Translations under genes and position numbers: made by a program | In this document: in pieces, positions 1 to 10,980 of the stretch | How the letters are laid out: every line of letters begins with the position of its first letter | Numbering within the stretch: position 1 is the stretch's first letter | Source: Dickeya solani IPO 2222 | Lineage (GTDB): Bacteria > Pseudomonadota > Gammaproteobacteria > Enterobacterales > Enterobacteriaceae | Direction of reading: 5' to 3' | Length of the DNA stretch: 32,000 nt | NCBI RefSeq assembly: GCF_001644705.1 | Contig: NZ_CP015137.1 | Location: 2,430,001 to 2,462,000, forward strand | Notes under the pieces: model-generated | The model's database searches: none | Seen by the model: only the letters and a program-made list of their open reading frames with translations | Told to the model about the DNA's origin: nothing

Positions 1-212
1 AGCCATGCCTGCACCCGGTCGTTCCAGCGCGACATTGCCCATAGCACCTTGTCGACGCTGTCGCCGTCCTGCATATTGCAGCCGGTCAGCATCGCTACGG
101 CACCCAGCGTCAGCCCTGAGCGCAGCATCAGTCGGCGCTCCAGATTCACCAGCCGCTTTTTCTGGTCCGGTTCGAGTAGCAGTGGCGCGCGGCGCGGCGA
201 TTTGTCACTCAT
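1..212 (-). CDS. 5' part (about 70 codons) of a putative exported molybdopterin-dependent (sulfite-oxidase-fold) oxidoreductase; runs off the window
   Basis: Manual reverse translation from the ATG at 212-210 gives MSDKSPRRAPLLLEPDQKKRLVNLERRLMLRSGLTLGAVAMLTGCNMQDGDSVDKVLWAMSRWNDRVQAW... It has an RR-containing n-region, a hydrophobic core and a lipobox-like LTGC. The start overlaps the stop of the upstream cytochrome b gene by 8 nt. The family call is from memory of the N-termini of cytochrome-b-linked Mo enzymes, and only 70 aa are visible. Confidence 0.45.
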   Translation of the reverse strand, partial: MSDKSPRRAPLLLEPDQKKRLVNLERRLMLRSGLTLGAVAMLTGCNMQDGDSVDKVLWAMSRWNDRVQAW

Positions 213-807
213 GTTTGCCCCCGGTCAGCATCGCCCACAGCGTACGCGGGACAATCAGCACCATCAGAACGTGAATCACCACAAACAGGCCGATGCCCGC
301 CATGGCAAAAAAATGCACATAACGGGCGATAGCGAAACCGCCCAGTACAGTGACCAGCCCCTGCAATTGCACCGGTTTCCAGATTGCCAGCCCGGACAGC
401 ACCAGCAATACACCCAGCGTGATAACGCCAAAATACATCAGCTTCTGAATGGCGTTATATTGGTAGGATTCATGCCGCAGGCGAAAGGTCAGCACCAGCC
501 GGATATCGCGCCAGAGTGATGCCGGCGTGAGCGGCAACCAGTGTTGCCGCCAGTGTCCGCTGCACAGGCTCCATAGCACATACAGCAGGCCGTTACCCAC
601 CAGCAGCCACATCACCGCCAGATGCCAGCCGATGGCGCCGCCGAGCCATCCCCCGAGCGTCATAGCGTGCGGAAAATGAAAATCGAACAACGGCGAGGCG
701 TTATAAATTTCCCAGCCGCTCATAAACATGCCGATCATGGCGAGCAGGTTGAGCCAGTGGGTGAGTCTGACCGGCCAGGGATGTACCGGGCGACGGGACG
801 TTGGCAT
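205..807 (-). CDS. Membrane b-type cytochrome (cytochrome b561 / Ni-Fe-hydrogenase b-subunit-like family)
   Basis: 200-aa ORF with four hydrophobic helices. It has an RLTHW motif at the start of helix 1 and further His residues in later helices (GWHLAVMW, ARYVHFF, VIHVL), typical of di-heme b561/PhsC/HyaC-like proteins. It is translationally coupled to the downstream gene. Confidence 0.8.
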   Translation of the reverse strand: MPTSRRPVHPWPVRLTHWLNLLAMIGMFMSGWEIYNASPLFDFHFPHAMTLGGWLGGAIGWHLAVMWLLVGNGLLYVLWSLCSGHWRQHWLPLTPASLWRDIRLVLTFRLRHESYQYNAIQKLMYFGVITLGVLLVLSGLAIWKPVQLQGLVTVLGGFAIARYVHFFAMAGIGLFVVIHVLMVLIVPRTLWAMLTGGKHE

Positions 808-833
808 GGCGGGCTCCTGTTGGCCGGATTGGT

Positions 834-1457
834 TTACATCGGCGGCACGGTGCCGTCTTTGCCGGCTGAGATGGCGACGGCGACCCGCTCGCCCTGTTCG
901 TCGAGTTTAGAGAACAGCACGATATGCGCGCCCGGTTTTAGCAGGCTGCGATCGCCCGGCGAGATACTGACGATCGGCACGTCGTCCGGTACCACCACGG
1001 TTTTCTGACCACCGTTATAGGTGACGGTCAGGGTACGGCCGTTACTGTTGACCAGTTTGCCTACGGTACCGTTGGTCATGGTGCCGCTTTTGCCGTCGGC
1101 GGACTCCCACGGGCGGAAGCCTTCTCCTGCACCGCGCAGACTGGCGTCGAACACATGCACTTCCAGTGCTTTTAGCGTGCCGTCCGGTTGGGGAATGGCG
1201 GCGGTGCCAATGAAACTGTCCGGCTTGATCGTATCCGGGTTGGCCTGGGCCACGCTCATCACGCGGGTCTGGTCGGTCAGTTTGACATCGATTTTTTGCC
1301 CTTTACGGTCAGTCAGTTGCAACTGTGTGTTTGATATTGCACTGATGGTGCCGCGTACCGGCGGTTGCGGTTTGGCAGGCGCGTCGGCGGCGAAAGACCA
1401 TTGGCTGCATAGCAGCAGCGAGGAAAACAGCAGTGCGGTAAGACGATGACGTATCAT
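834..1457 (-). CDS. Secreted beta-rich protein of unknown function (resembles DUF5666-type repeat proteins)
   Basis: 207-aa ORF with the signal peptide MIRHRLTALLFSSLLLCSQWSFA/AD. An AGGAG lies 9 nt upstream of the ATG at 1457. There are repeated G-T-[IV]-x-x-[IVL] beta-strand modules (RGTISAISNTQLQLTDRKGQKIDVKL; NGTVGKLVNSNGRTLTVTYNGGQKTVVV). It is the first gene of the operon. The DUF name is from memory. Confidence 0.7.
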   Translation of the reverse strand: MIRHRLTALLFSSLLLCSQWSFAADAPAKPQPPVRGTISAISNTQLQLTDRKGQKIDVKLTDQTRVMSVAQANPDTIKPDSFIGTAAIPQPDGTLKALEVHVFDASLRGAGEGFRPWESADGKSGTMTNGTVGKLVNSNGRTLTVTYNGGQKTVVVPDDVPIVSISPGDRSLLKPGAHIVLFSKLDEQGERVAVAISAGKDGTVPPM

Positions 1458-1525
1458 GATGACATGCTCCTGGGTGGGTGTTTTTCCCCATCATGGTGAG
1501 GCTATCTGGTCGTCAGAATGACCGT

Positions 1526-1547
1526 TTGATGACATTAATGTCATCAA
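1526..1547. promoter_or_regulatory. Perfect 22-bp palindrome; putative CusR/CopR/HprR-type response-regulator box
   Basis: TTGATGACATTAATGTCATCAA is a perfect inverted repeat. Its core ATGACA-N4-TGTCAT has the same half-sites and spacing as the E. coli CusR box AAAATGACAANNTTGTCATTTT. It lies in the 165-bp divergent intergenic region. Confidence 0.55.
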
Positions 1548-1563
1548 GTCGGCTGGATGTAGT

Positions 1564-1572
1564 TGCTATGAT
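1564..1572 (+). promoter_or_regulatory. Candidate extended -10 (TGcTATGAT) for the response-regulator/kinase operon
   Basis: TGCTATGAT lies 17-25 nt downstream of the palindrome and about 50 nt upstream of the ATG at 1623. There is no good -35, as expected for an activator-dependent or extended -10 promoter. Confidence 0.35.
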
Positions 1573-1622
1573 GGAGCCGGTTTTTCGGCAGTCATGCCGT
1601 CAGGACAGCAGGAGTGATGACG

Positions 1623-2294
1623 ATGCGTATTCTGGTGATTGAAGACGATGCGGGCACCGGGGATTACCTGAAAAAAGGGCTGACCGAGGCGGGATATGCG
1701 GTTGATCTGGCGCGCAACGGCACGGACGGGTTGTTCAATGCGCTGGAACACGGCTACGACGCTATCATTCTTGATGTGATGTTACCGGGGCTCAATGGCT
1801 GGCAGATTATTGAGATGTTGCGCAAGAAAAGCGACGTGCCGGTGCTGTTTCTGACGGCGCGCGACCAGTTGCACGACCGCATTCACGGGCTGGAGCTGGG
1901 CGCGGACGACTACCTGATCAAACCTTTTTCTTTTACCGAACTGGTGCTGCGCATTCGCACCCTGTTGCGTCGCGGCGTGGTGCGTGAGGCGGATCACTAC
2001 GTGGTGGCGGATTTGCAACTGGATGTGCTGCGGCGCAAAGCCACGCGTCAGGATACGGCCATTCCGTTGACCAACAAGGAATTCATGCTGCTGCATTTGC
2101 TGGTGCGGCGCGAAGGCGAAGTGTTGTCCCGCACCTTGATCGCTTCGCAGGTGTGGGATATGAATTTCGACAGCGACACCAATGTGGTGGATGTGGCGGT
2201 AAAACGCCTGCGCGCCAAAATCGACAAGCCGTTTGACGTCAAGTTGATCCATACCGTGCGCGGTATTGGCTATGTGTGCGAGCCGCGTTCATGA
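1623..2294 (+). CDS. OmpR-family heavy-metal-type response regulator (CusR/CopR/HprR-like)
   Basis: The translation MRILVIEDD...[15 protein letters not shown]...[26 protein letters not shown]...[30 protein letters not shown]...TVRGIGY is collinear with E. coli CusR. AGGAG lies 9 nt upstream of the ATG at 1623; the track start at 1614 is less likely. Confidence 0.92.
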   Translation: MRILVIEDDAGTGDYLKKGLTEAGYAVDLARNGTDGLFNALEHGYDAIILDVMLPGLNGWQIIEMLRKKSDVPVLFLTARDQLHDRIHGLELGADDYLIKPFSFTELVLRIRTLLRRGVVREADHYVVADLQLDVLRRKATRQDTAIPLTNKEFMLLHLLVRREGEVLSRTLIASQVWDMNFDSDTNVVDVAVKRLRAKIDKPFDVKLIHTVRGIGYVCEPRS

Positions 2295-3754
2295 AACTGT
2301 GGCTTCAGCGCTGGCGCGCCAGCTCGCTAACATTACGTTGCAGCCTGTTGTTTGCGCTGACGACTGCGCTGGTGGTCAGTAGCGTCGGCGGGTATCTGTA
2401 CGGCGTTTTGAGTCAGGAGATGTACCGGCGCAGCGACGTACAGGTCACTGGGCGGGTGGAGTACTACCGTCGTCTGTTGGGCAGGAATTTCACCTTGCCG
2501 ATGCTGACTGCCAACACCGGCATGTTCGAAAATATGCTGGGGAGCGAGCAGGACGTGCTGCTGTTTTCCCTGCCGGGGCAAAAGCCGCTGATTAGCGTCA
2601 ACCCAGCGCGTATTGCCCTGCCGGACATTACCCCGATCGCGGTGGATACACCGCTGCGAACCGATGCGGTACACGGCAGTCTGACGGAACAAGGCGTACC
2701 GCTGCGGGCGATTGCCGCCCAAGTGCGGCTGAATGATGGTCAGATGCTGCAGATCACGGCGGCTCACGTGATGTTCAGCGAACAGAAGATGCTGGAACAC
2801 TACCTGTGGCGCGTAGTGGGAGCGGTGGCGATCGCGTTTGTGTTGATTGGCGGGTTGGGCTATTTGGCGTTGCGTCGCGGTTTATTGCCGCTGTGGCGGA
2901 TGACGGCGCAGGCGTCAGCGATCGCGCCGAATACGCTGTCCACCCGGATAAGCGACGCGGATGCGCCGCAGGAAATGCGGCAGTTGATTCGCGCGTTCAA
3001 CGCGATGCTGGATCGCCTGAACGAAGGTTACCTGCGGCTGACCCAGTTTTCCGCCGATCTGGCCCACGAAATTCGCACGCCGATTGGTGCGTTGATGGGG
3101 CATTGTCAGGTGGCGCTGTACCAGCCGCGTAGCGTGGAAGAGTATGAGACGCTGCTGTCCGACAACATCGCCGAGCTGGAGCGAATGTCGCGCATGGTGG
3201 AAAACATCCTGTTTCTGGCCCGCGCCAGCCACGAGCAGCCGGTGCTCAGCCGTGTGCCGGTTGAGGTGGCGACCGAACTGCACCGGGTGGCGGATTACTT
3301 CGAGATGCTGGCGGAAGAGCGGGGTATCGAATTGCTGTGCGAAGGCCATGCCCGGCTGGCGGTGGATGCGTTGTTGTTTCAACGTGCATTGAGCAATCTG
3401 GTCGCCAACGCGGTGCGTTACGCCAAAGCGGATAGCCCGGTGCGGCTGAGTGTCGCCGTATTCACTGAACAGGTGGTGGTCGAGGTGGTCAACCTCGGTC
3501 CGGTGCTGCCGCTCGCACAACTGGAACGGCTGTTCGACCGGTTTTACCGCGCGGACGCCACTCGCAGCGCGAGCAGCGATTCCAGTGGGCTGGGGCTGTC
3601 GATCGTTCGGGCGATCATGACATTGCACGGCGGTGAAGTGATTGCCCGTTGCGATCCGCTCGACGAGACGATCGGGCGGATCACCTTCCGCCTGATCTTT
3701 CCTGCCAGCCGTGACGATCACACTTTACTGGCAAGATCGCCTTTATCGCGATGA
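2291..3754 (+). CDS. Heavy-metal-type sensor histidine kinase (CusS/CopS/HprS-like)
   Basis: It has an ATGA start/stop overlap with the regulator gene. Two TM helices flank a periplasmic loop of about 135 aa. It contains a HAMP region, H-box [13 protein letters not shown]-box [10 protein letters not shown], and G-boxes DRFYRAD and GLGLSIV. Confidence 0.9.
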   Translation: MKLWLQRWRASSLTLRCSLLFALTTALVVSSVGGYLYGVLSQEMYRRSDVQVTGRVEYYRRLLGRNFTLPMLTANTGMFENMLGSEQDVLLFSLPGQKPLISVNPARIALPDITPIAVDTPLRTDAVHGSLTEQGVPLRAIAAQVRLNDGQMLQITAAHVMFSEQKMLEHYLWRVVGAVAIAFVLIGGLGYLALRRGLLPLWRMTAQASAIAPNTLSTRISDADAPQEMRQLIRAFNAMLDRLNEGYLRLTQFSADLAHEIRTPIGALMGHCQVALYQPRSVEEYETLLSDNIAELERMSRMVENILFLARASHEQPVLSRVPVEVATELHRVADYFEMLAEERGIELLCEGHARLAVDALLFQRALSNLVANAVRYAKADSPVRLSVAVFTEQVVVEVVNLGPVLPLAQLERLFDRFYRADATRSASSDSSGLGLSIVRAIMTLHGGEVIARCDPLDETIGRITFRLIFPASRDDHTLLARSPLSR

Positions 3755-3767
3755 ACTTGCACCGATT

Positions 3768-4949
3768 TCAACCGGTCACCGGTCGCCCCAGATAGCCGTC
3801 CCAGTCTTTCCACACCGGTTGTAGCCCGGCTCGGGTCAGGGCGTCGGCCACGGCTTCCGGGCGGCGGTCGTCGTGCGGGGTGAATTGTTCCAGTTCCGGA
3901 TGGTTGTCGGCGTAGCCGCCCGGCTGGGTTTTGGAAAACGCGCTGACGTTGTTGATGGCAATCGGGATCATGTGGTCGCGGAAGAAGGGCGATTCGCGGG
4001 TGGAGAGCGACAGCTCTACATCGGGCGCCAGCAGCCGGAAGGCGCAGATCACCTGCATCAGTTGCGCCTCATCCATCAGCGAGGCAGGTTCGATGCCGCC
4101 GGCGCAAGGACGCAGGCGTGGGAACGATACCGAATAGCGGCTCTGCCAATAAGTCTGCTGCAAATACAGCAGGTGTTCGGCCACCATATAACAGTCGGTG
4201 CGCCAACTGTCGGACAACCCGATCAGCGCCCCCAACCCGATCTTGTCGATCCCGGCGCGCCCCAGTCGATCCGGCGTCGCCAGCCGCCAGGCGAAATCCT
4301 GCTTGTGACCGCGCAGGTGATGGCGGGCGTAGGTCGCCGGATGATAGGTTTCCTGATACACCATCACCCCATCCAGCCCGAGGGTTTTCAACTCGGCGTA
4401 CTCCGCCTGCGACAGCGGCTGCACTTCCATCATCAGCGAGCTGAATTGCGGGCGGATCAGCGGCAGCATCTGGCGAAAATAATCCATCCCCACCTTACGC
4501 TGATGTTCGCCGGTTACCAGCAGCAGGTGATCAAATCCCAGCGCCTTGATCGCCTCGCACTCGCGCAGAATTTCCTGCTCGTCCAGCGTTTTGCGCTTGA
4601 GGTGGTTGCTCATGGAAAAACCGCAGTAGGTGCAGTCGTTGGCGCACAGGTTGGAGAGATACAGCGGCACATAGAAACTGACGGTGTTGCCGAAGCGCTG
4701 GCGCGTCAGTTGTTGCGCCCGCTGCGCCAGCGGTTCCAGCCAGCGGCCGGCGGCGGGCGACAGCAGCGCCATCATGTCCTCGCGTGTAAGCCGATCGGCG
4801 CATAACGCCCGCTCTACGTCGGCGTCGGTTTTGCTGTTGATGCGCAGGGTCAGGTCATGCCAGTCCAGCTGTTGCCAGTGGCGTTCAAACGACGGCGGTA
4901 GATGTTTGTCGTCAATTATTTGGCGACTGTCTATAAGTTGGCTGCCCAT
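3768..4949 (-). CDS. thiH: 2-iminoacetate synthase ThiH (radical SAM)
   Basis: Collinear with E. coli ThiH, including CANDCTYCGF and the C-terminal QPGGYADNHPELEQF. The ATG at 4949 overlaps the thiG TAA (TAATG). The 517-aa track ORF is an out-of-gene upstream extension. Confidence 0.95.
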   Translation of the reverse strand: MGSQLIDSRQIIDDKHLPPSFERHWQQLDWHDLTLRINSKTDADVERALCADRLTREDMMALLSPAAGRWLEPLAQRAQQLTRQRFGNTVSFYVPLYLSNLCANDCTYCGFSMSNHLKRKTLDEQEILRECEAIKALGFDHLLLVTGEHQRKVGMDYFRQMLPLIRPQFSSLMMEVQPLSQAEYAELKTLGLDGVMVYQETYHPATYARHHLRGHKQDFAWRLATPDRLGRAGIDKIGLGALIGLSDSWRTDCYMVAEHLLYLQQTYWQSRYSVSFPRLRPCAGGIEPASLMDEAQLMQVICAFRLLAPDVELSLSTRESPFFRDHMIPIAINNVSAFSKTQPGGYADNHPELEQFTPHDDRRPEAVADALTRAGLQPVWKDWDGYLGRPVTG

Positions 4950-5728
4950 TAGCTGGCGACCTCCGTGTGTTGCAGAAAGCCGGTGAGCGGGCTGGTGGCG
5001 CTGGCGATGCGTTGGCGGTTGCCCAGTCCGGCCTGACGGGCGATGGCCCCGGCGTCCACCGCCAGCCGGAAGGCGTGCGCCATCTGCACCGGGTCGCGCG
5101 CCACGGCGATAGCGGTGTTGACCAGTACCGCATCTGCGCCCAGTTCCATCGCTTCCGCCGCGTGGCTGGGCGCGCCGATGCCGGCGTCCACCACTACCGG
5201 CACCCGTGCCTGTTCGATGATGATGCGCAGGAAATCGCGCGTTTGCAGCCCCTGATTGGAGCCAATGGGTGCGCCGAGCGGCATCACTGCGGCGCAGCCG
5301 GCGTCTTCCAGTCGTTTGCACAGCACCGGGTCGGCGCCGCAGTACGGCAAGACCACAAAGCCGTCTTTCACCAGTTGTTCGGCGGCTTTCAGGGTTTCTA
5401 CCGGGTCGGGCAGCAGGTATTTCATGTCCGGGTGGATTTCCAACTTCACCCAGCGGGTGCCCAGCGCTTCGCGCGCCAGCCGGGCGGCGAACACCGCCTC
5501 TTCGGCGGTTTTGGCGCCGGAAGTATTCGGCAACAGGTGTACGCCCAGCTCGCGCAACGGCGCCAGAATGGCGTCGCTGCCGCCTTTCAAATCCACACGT
5601 TTCATCGCCAGTGTGACCAGTTGTGAACCCGAGGCGTGCAGAGTGTCCTGCATCAGTCTCGCGCTGGCGAATTTTCCGGTTCCGGTTAATAACCGGGAAG
5701 TAAAGGTGATATCCGCAATCTTCAGCAT
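4949..5728 (-). CDS. thiG: Thiazole synthase ThiG
   Basis: [20 protein letters not shown]... matches E. coli ThiG along its full length. AGGAGG lies upstream of the ATG at 5728, inside the thiS 3' end. Confidence 0.95.
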   Translation of the reverse strand: MLKIADITFTSRLLTGTGKFASARLMQDTLHASGSQLVTLAMKRVDLKGGSDAILAPLRELGVHLLPNTSGAKTAEEAVFAARLAREALGTRWVKLEIHPDMKYLLPDPVETLKAAEQLVKDGFVVLPYCGADPVLCKRLEDAGCAAVMPLGAPIGSNQGLQTRDFLRIIIEQARVPVVVDAGIGAPSHAAEAMELGADAVLVNTAIAVARDPVQMAHAFRLAVDAGAIARQAGLGNRQRIASATSPLTGFLQHTEVAS

Positions 5729-5729
5729 C

Positions 5730-5930
5730 TCAACCTCCTGCGATTGCCTGAAACAGCAAAATGTCATCACCGTCGCGCAGCGCGTGTTGCGTCCAGACGT
5801 CACGTGGGATGATGGTTTGATTGATGGCCAGCGCCGTGCCGGGCTGCAGCCGTTCCAACTGGCCGAGCAATTGCGCCACGGTCAGCCCGTCCTGCAGTTC
5901 GATAACATCGTCGTTGAGCCGGATCTTCAT
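5730..5930 (-). CDS. thiS: Sulfur-carrier protein ThiS
   Basis: 66 aa, ending in the diagnostic C-terminal Gly-Gly (...LFQAIAGG). It has an ATGA overlap with the thiF stop. Confidence 0.9.
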   Translation of the reverse strand: MKIRLNDDVIELQDGLTVAQLLGQLERLQPGTALAINQTIIPRDVWTQHALRDGDDILLFQAIAGG

Positions 5931-6676
5931 GCCTGCCCCCCGCATACCGGACAGGCGGGCGAGCGCGTTAGCTGCAGCGTGCTCCACTGCTGCTGGCGCG
6001 CATCGAACAGCCGCAGTTTGCCGTCCAGCGGCGAGGGTAAACCGCACAGCAGTTTGATCGCCTCCAGCGCCTGTAGCGTGCCCATCACGCCGACCACCGG
6101 GCCGAGCACGCCAGCGGTGCGGCAGTTGCGCTGTGGTTCGCTGGCATCCGGGTAGAGACAGGCGTAGCAGCCGTGCGTGTAGGGTGGCGTCAGCACCAGC
6201 AACTGACCGCTAAAGCCCACGGCGCTGGCGCTGATCAGCGGTTTTTGCGCCGCGACGCAGGCAGCGTTGACCGCGTGGCGGGTGGTCATGTTGTCGCAGC
6301 AGTCCAGTACCAGATCGGCTTGCGCCACGGCCTTCTCAAGTGGCTCGCCTTCCAGCCGGGTGGTCAGCGCGACGGTTTTCACCAACGGATTGACAGCCTC
6401 CAGCGCGTGACGGGCCAGCACGGCCTTGGGGTGAGAAAGGTCGGCGTTACGGTAGAGAATCTGGCGTTGCAGATTGGAGATGTGCAGGGTGTCGTGGTCC
6501 GCCAGCAGTAGCGTACCGACACCGGCCGCTGCCAGATAGAGCGCGGCCGGCGAGCCAAGCCCGCCCATCCCCACCAGCAATACGCGGGCTGCCGCCAGCT
6601 TCTGCTGCCCTTCCTGACCAATGTCTTCCAGCAACAGCTGGCGGCTGTAACGCATAAAAGCTTGATCGTCGAGCAT
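5927..6676 (-). CDS. thiF: ThiS adenylyltransferase ThiF
   Basis: MLDDQAFMRYSRQLLLEDIG...GMGGLGSPAALYLAAAGVG...CPVCGG is collinear with E. coli ThiF. ATG at 6676 has AGGAGG 6 nt upstream. The track start at 6697 is a TTG. Confidence 0.9.
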   Translation of the reverse strand: MLDDQAFMRYSRQLLLEDIGQEGQQKLAAARVLLVGMGGLGSPAALYLAAAGVGTLLLADHDTLHISNLQRQILYRNADLSHPKAVLARHALEAVNPLVKTVALTTRLEGEPLEKAVAQADLVLDCCDNMTTRHAVNAACVAAQKPLISASAVGFSGQLLVLTPPYTHGCYACLYPDASEPQRNCRTAGVLGPVVGVMGTLQALEAIKLLCGLPSPLDGKLRLFDARQQQWSTLQLTRSPACPVCGGQA

Positions 6677-6677
6677 G

Positions 6678-7312
6678 TTACGCCTCCTGTCCTTCAATCA
6701 GTCGTAGCAGCGTCGCGGTGGCGGTGCGCCAGTCCGCCGCTTGCGTGATAGCGCTGACCACGGCAATGCTGCCGACGCCGGTCTCCAGCACCGCCGGCAC
6801 CCGGTCGATGCTGATGCCGCCGATAGCAACGGTGGGAAAGCGCCCGTCCAGCGCGTGGATATGGCGGGTCAGCTCGGCCAGCCCTTGCGGCGCGGACGGC
6901 ATCGCTTTGGTCTGGGTGGGGAAAATATGGCCCAGTGCGATGTAAGACGGCTTGATGGCGACGGCGCGCGCCAGTTCGGCGTCGTCATGGGTGGAGACGC
7001 CGAGCCGCAGCCCGGCGGCGCGAATCGCATCCAGATCGGCGGTGTCGAGATCTTCCTGCCCAAGGTGTACGCCATACGCCTGATGCTTCACCGCCAGTTG
7101 CCAGTAATCGTTGATGAACAGTCGGGCCTGATAGCGGCGGCCGAGCGCGATCGCCCGGATGATGTCAGGCTCGGCCTGATCCGCCGGCTGGTCCTTGATG
7201 CGTAGCTGGATGGTGTGGACGCCCGCTTCCAACAGGCGTTCGATCCACTCCACGCTATCGACCACCGGATAGAGCCCCAGTCGGGCGTCAGTAGCGGGAA
7301 AGGTGCCGTTCA

Positions 7313-7313
<1 letters not shown>
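6678..7313 (-). CDS. thiE: Thiamine-phosphate synthase ThiE
   Basis: [32 protein letters not shown]... gives 211 aa, as in E. coli ThiE. The ATG at 7313 overlaps the thiC TGA. Confidence 0.95.
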
Positions 7314-9559
<2,246 letters not shown>

Positions 9560-9574
9560 CTAAAACACTGACAC

Positions 9575-9602
9575 TCTATGCGCTGTAACGGTGTGCCGTC
9601 AA
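9575..9602 (-). promoter_or_regulatory. Candidate thi operon promoter (TTGACG-N16-CATAGA)
   Basis: The -35-like TTGACG (9602-9597) overlaps the rsd stop codon. A weak -10 CATAGA lies at 9580-9575. This would place the GC hairpin at 9541-9557 at the 5' end of the leader. Motif match only. Confidence 0.3.
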
Positions 9603-10048
9603 TGATCGAACATCAGTCGGATCAGGCTGTCTTCCAGGGTGAAGCGCATTGCCAATGCTTCACCCACGCCGGATAATGTTCGGCGGAATTCCTGGCTGTC
9701 GACGGGCTCAATGAAAAACGCCAAATGGCTGTCGTAAATATCCATGATTTGCTGGGTGTTGCTTCGCAGCGCGACATCAAAGTGCGACGCCTGCGTCAGC
9801 TTTCTGTCGTTCCGCATGATGTTTTCCTGCAACATGCGCTCATAAACATGGAAATGACCGACAGACAGATAGTCGACCAGATGATGGCAAAATTCATCCA
9901 GCGTCCGTGCTTCCGGTATTTTCCCTGTCTGAATGCTGAGCAAGTGATAATAGGCCAGCAAAAGATGTTTGCGGGCCAGCAACCATTGATCGATCAAGGC
10001 GTAATTGCCGCCAACGTTCTCCGTCAGACGTTGTAACTGTTTCAGCAT
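9599..10048 (-). CDS. rsd: Regulator of sigma D (anti-sigma-70) Rsd
   Basis: The 149-aa ORF MLKQLQRLTENV...LDEFCHHLVDYLSVGHFHVYERML...NTQQIMDIYDS... is collinear with E. coli Rsd. The rsd/nudC divergent arrangement is conserved. Confidence 0.88.
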   Translation of the reverse strand: MLKQLQRLTENVGGNYALIDQWLLARKHLLLAYYHLLSIQTGKIPEARTLDEFCHHLVDYLSVGHFHVYERMLQENIMRNDRKLTQASHFDVALRSNTQQIMDIYDSHLAFFIEPVDSQEFRRTLSGVGEALAMRFTLEDSLIRLMFDH

Positions 10049-10151
10049 AGCTGACTCCGGTTATTGATAGGATGATGACGGTTAGGCGTATCATTATTTA
10101 TAACCATAGTCGTAAAATGCCAATCTGGTAATAAGCGGGGCAATAAAAGAG

Positions 10152-10925
10152 ATGGAAGTGACGCTGAAGGGTGAAGAACGCGGGTGGTGGGTGGTGTACC
10201 ACCGTCATCAGATCTGGTTGCCTCAGGGCGAATTACCGCAAGGAACGGCAGCGCAGTGGCAGTTGCAGCGGCAGTCCGCCCGCCAGGTCGGCGAGTGGCA
10301 GGGCGAGCCGGTATGGCTGGTACTGCAGGACAAGACGAGCGACATGGGCTCGGTGCGTCAACTGCTGGGTCAGGATGCCGGGCTGTTCCAGCTGGCGGGT
10401 CGCGCGGTGCAACTGGCGGAATTCTATCGTTCGCACCGGTTTTGCGGCTACTGCGGCCATGAGATGTCGGTCAGCACCACCGAACTGGCCTGCCTGTGCC
10501 CGCACTGCAAAGAGCGTTACTACCCGCAGATTGCCCCCTGCGTGATTGTGGCGATTCGTCACCACGACAAGATTCTGCTGGCGCAGCATCTGCGCCACAA
10601 GGGCAACATGTACACCACGCTGGCCGGTTTTGTGGAAGTGGGGGAAACCCTGGAGCAGGCGGTGGCACGGGAAGTGATGGAAGAGAGCAATATCCGCGTC
10701 AGAAACCTGCGTTACGTCAGTTCCCAGCCCTGGCCGTTCCCGCATTCGCTGATGATGGCGTTCATGGCCGACTACGACGGGGGCGAGGTGAAGCCCGACC
10801 CGTCTGAACTGCGGGATGCCGACTGGTTCCGTTATGATCGCTTGCCGGAATTGCCGCCGCCGGGTACGGTAGCCCGGCGTCTGATTGAAGACACGGTAGT
10901 ACTGTGCCGCGAGGCCGATTGCTGA
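10152..10925 (+). CDS. nudC: NADH pyrophosphatase / RNA NAD-decapping Nudix hydrolase NudC
   Basis: 257 aa with the zinc ribbon CGYCGH...CPHC and the Nudix box [23 protein letters not shown]. Collinear with E. coli NudC. Confidence 0.95.
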   Translation: MEVTLKGEERGWWVVYHRHQIWLPQGELPQGTAAQWQLQRQSARQVGEWQGEPVWLVLQDKTSDMGSVRQLLGQDAGLFQLAGRAVQLAEFYRSHRFCGYCGHEMSVSTTELACLCPHCKERYYPQIAPCVIVAIRHHDKILLAQHLRHKGNMYTTLAGFVEVGETLEQAVAREVMEESNIRVRNLRYVSSQPWPFPHSLMMAFMADYDGGEVKPDPSELRDADWFRYDRLPELPPPGTVARRLIEDTVVLCREADC

Positions 10926-10980
10926 TCGGTCATCGCCAGCGACAATCATGCCTGCAAGCAGGCGTTACAAGGAAAAGACC

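Noticed and set aside
1526-1547. The 22-bp palindrome as a possible terminal inverted repeat or a mobile-element or recombination site.
   Set aside because: It is a single copy with no transposase, integrase or direct-repeat flanks. Its half-sites match a response-regulator box, and it sits between divergent promoters.
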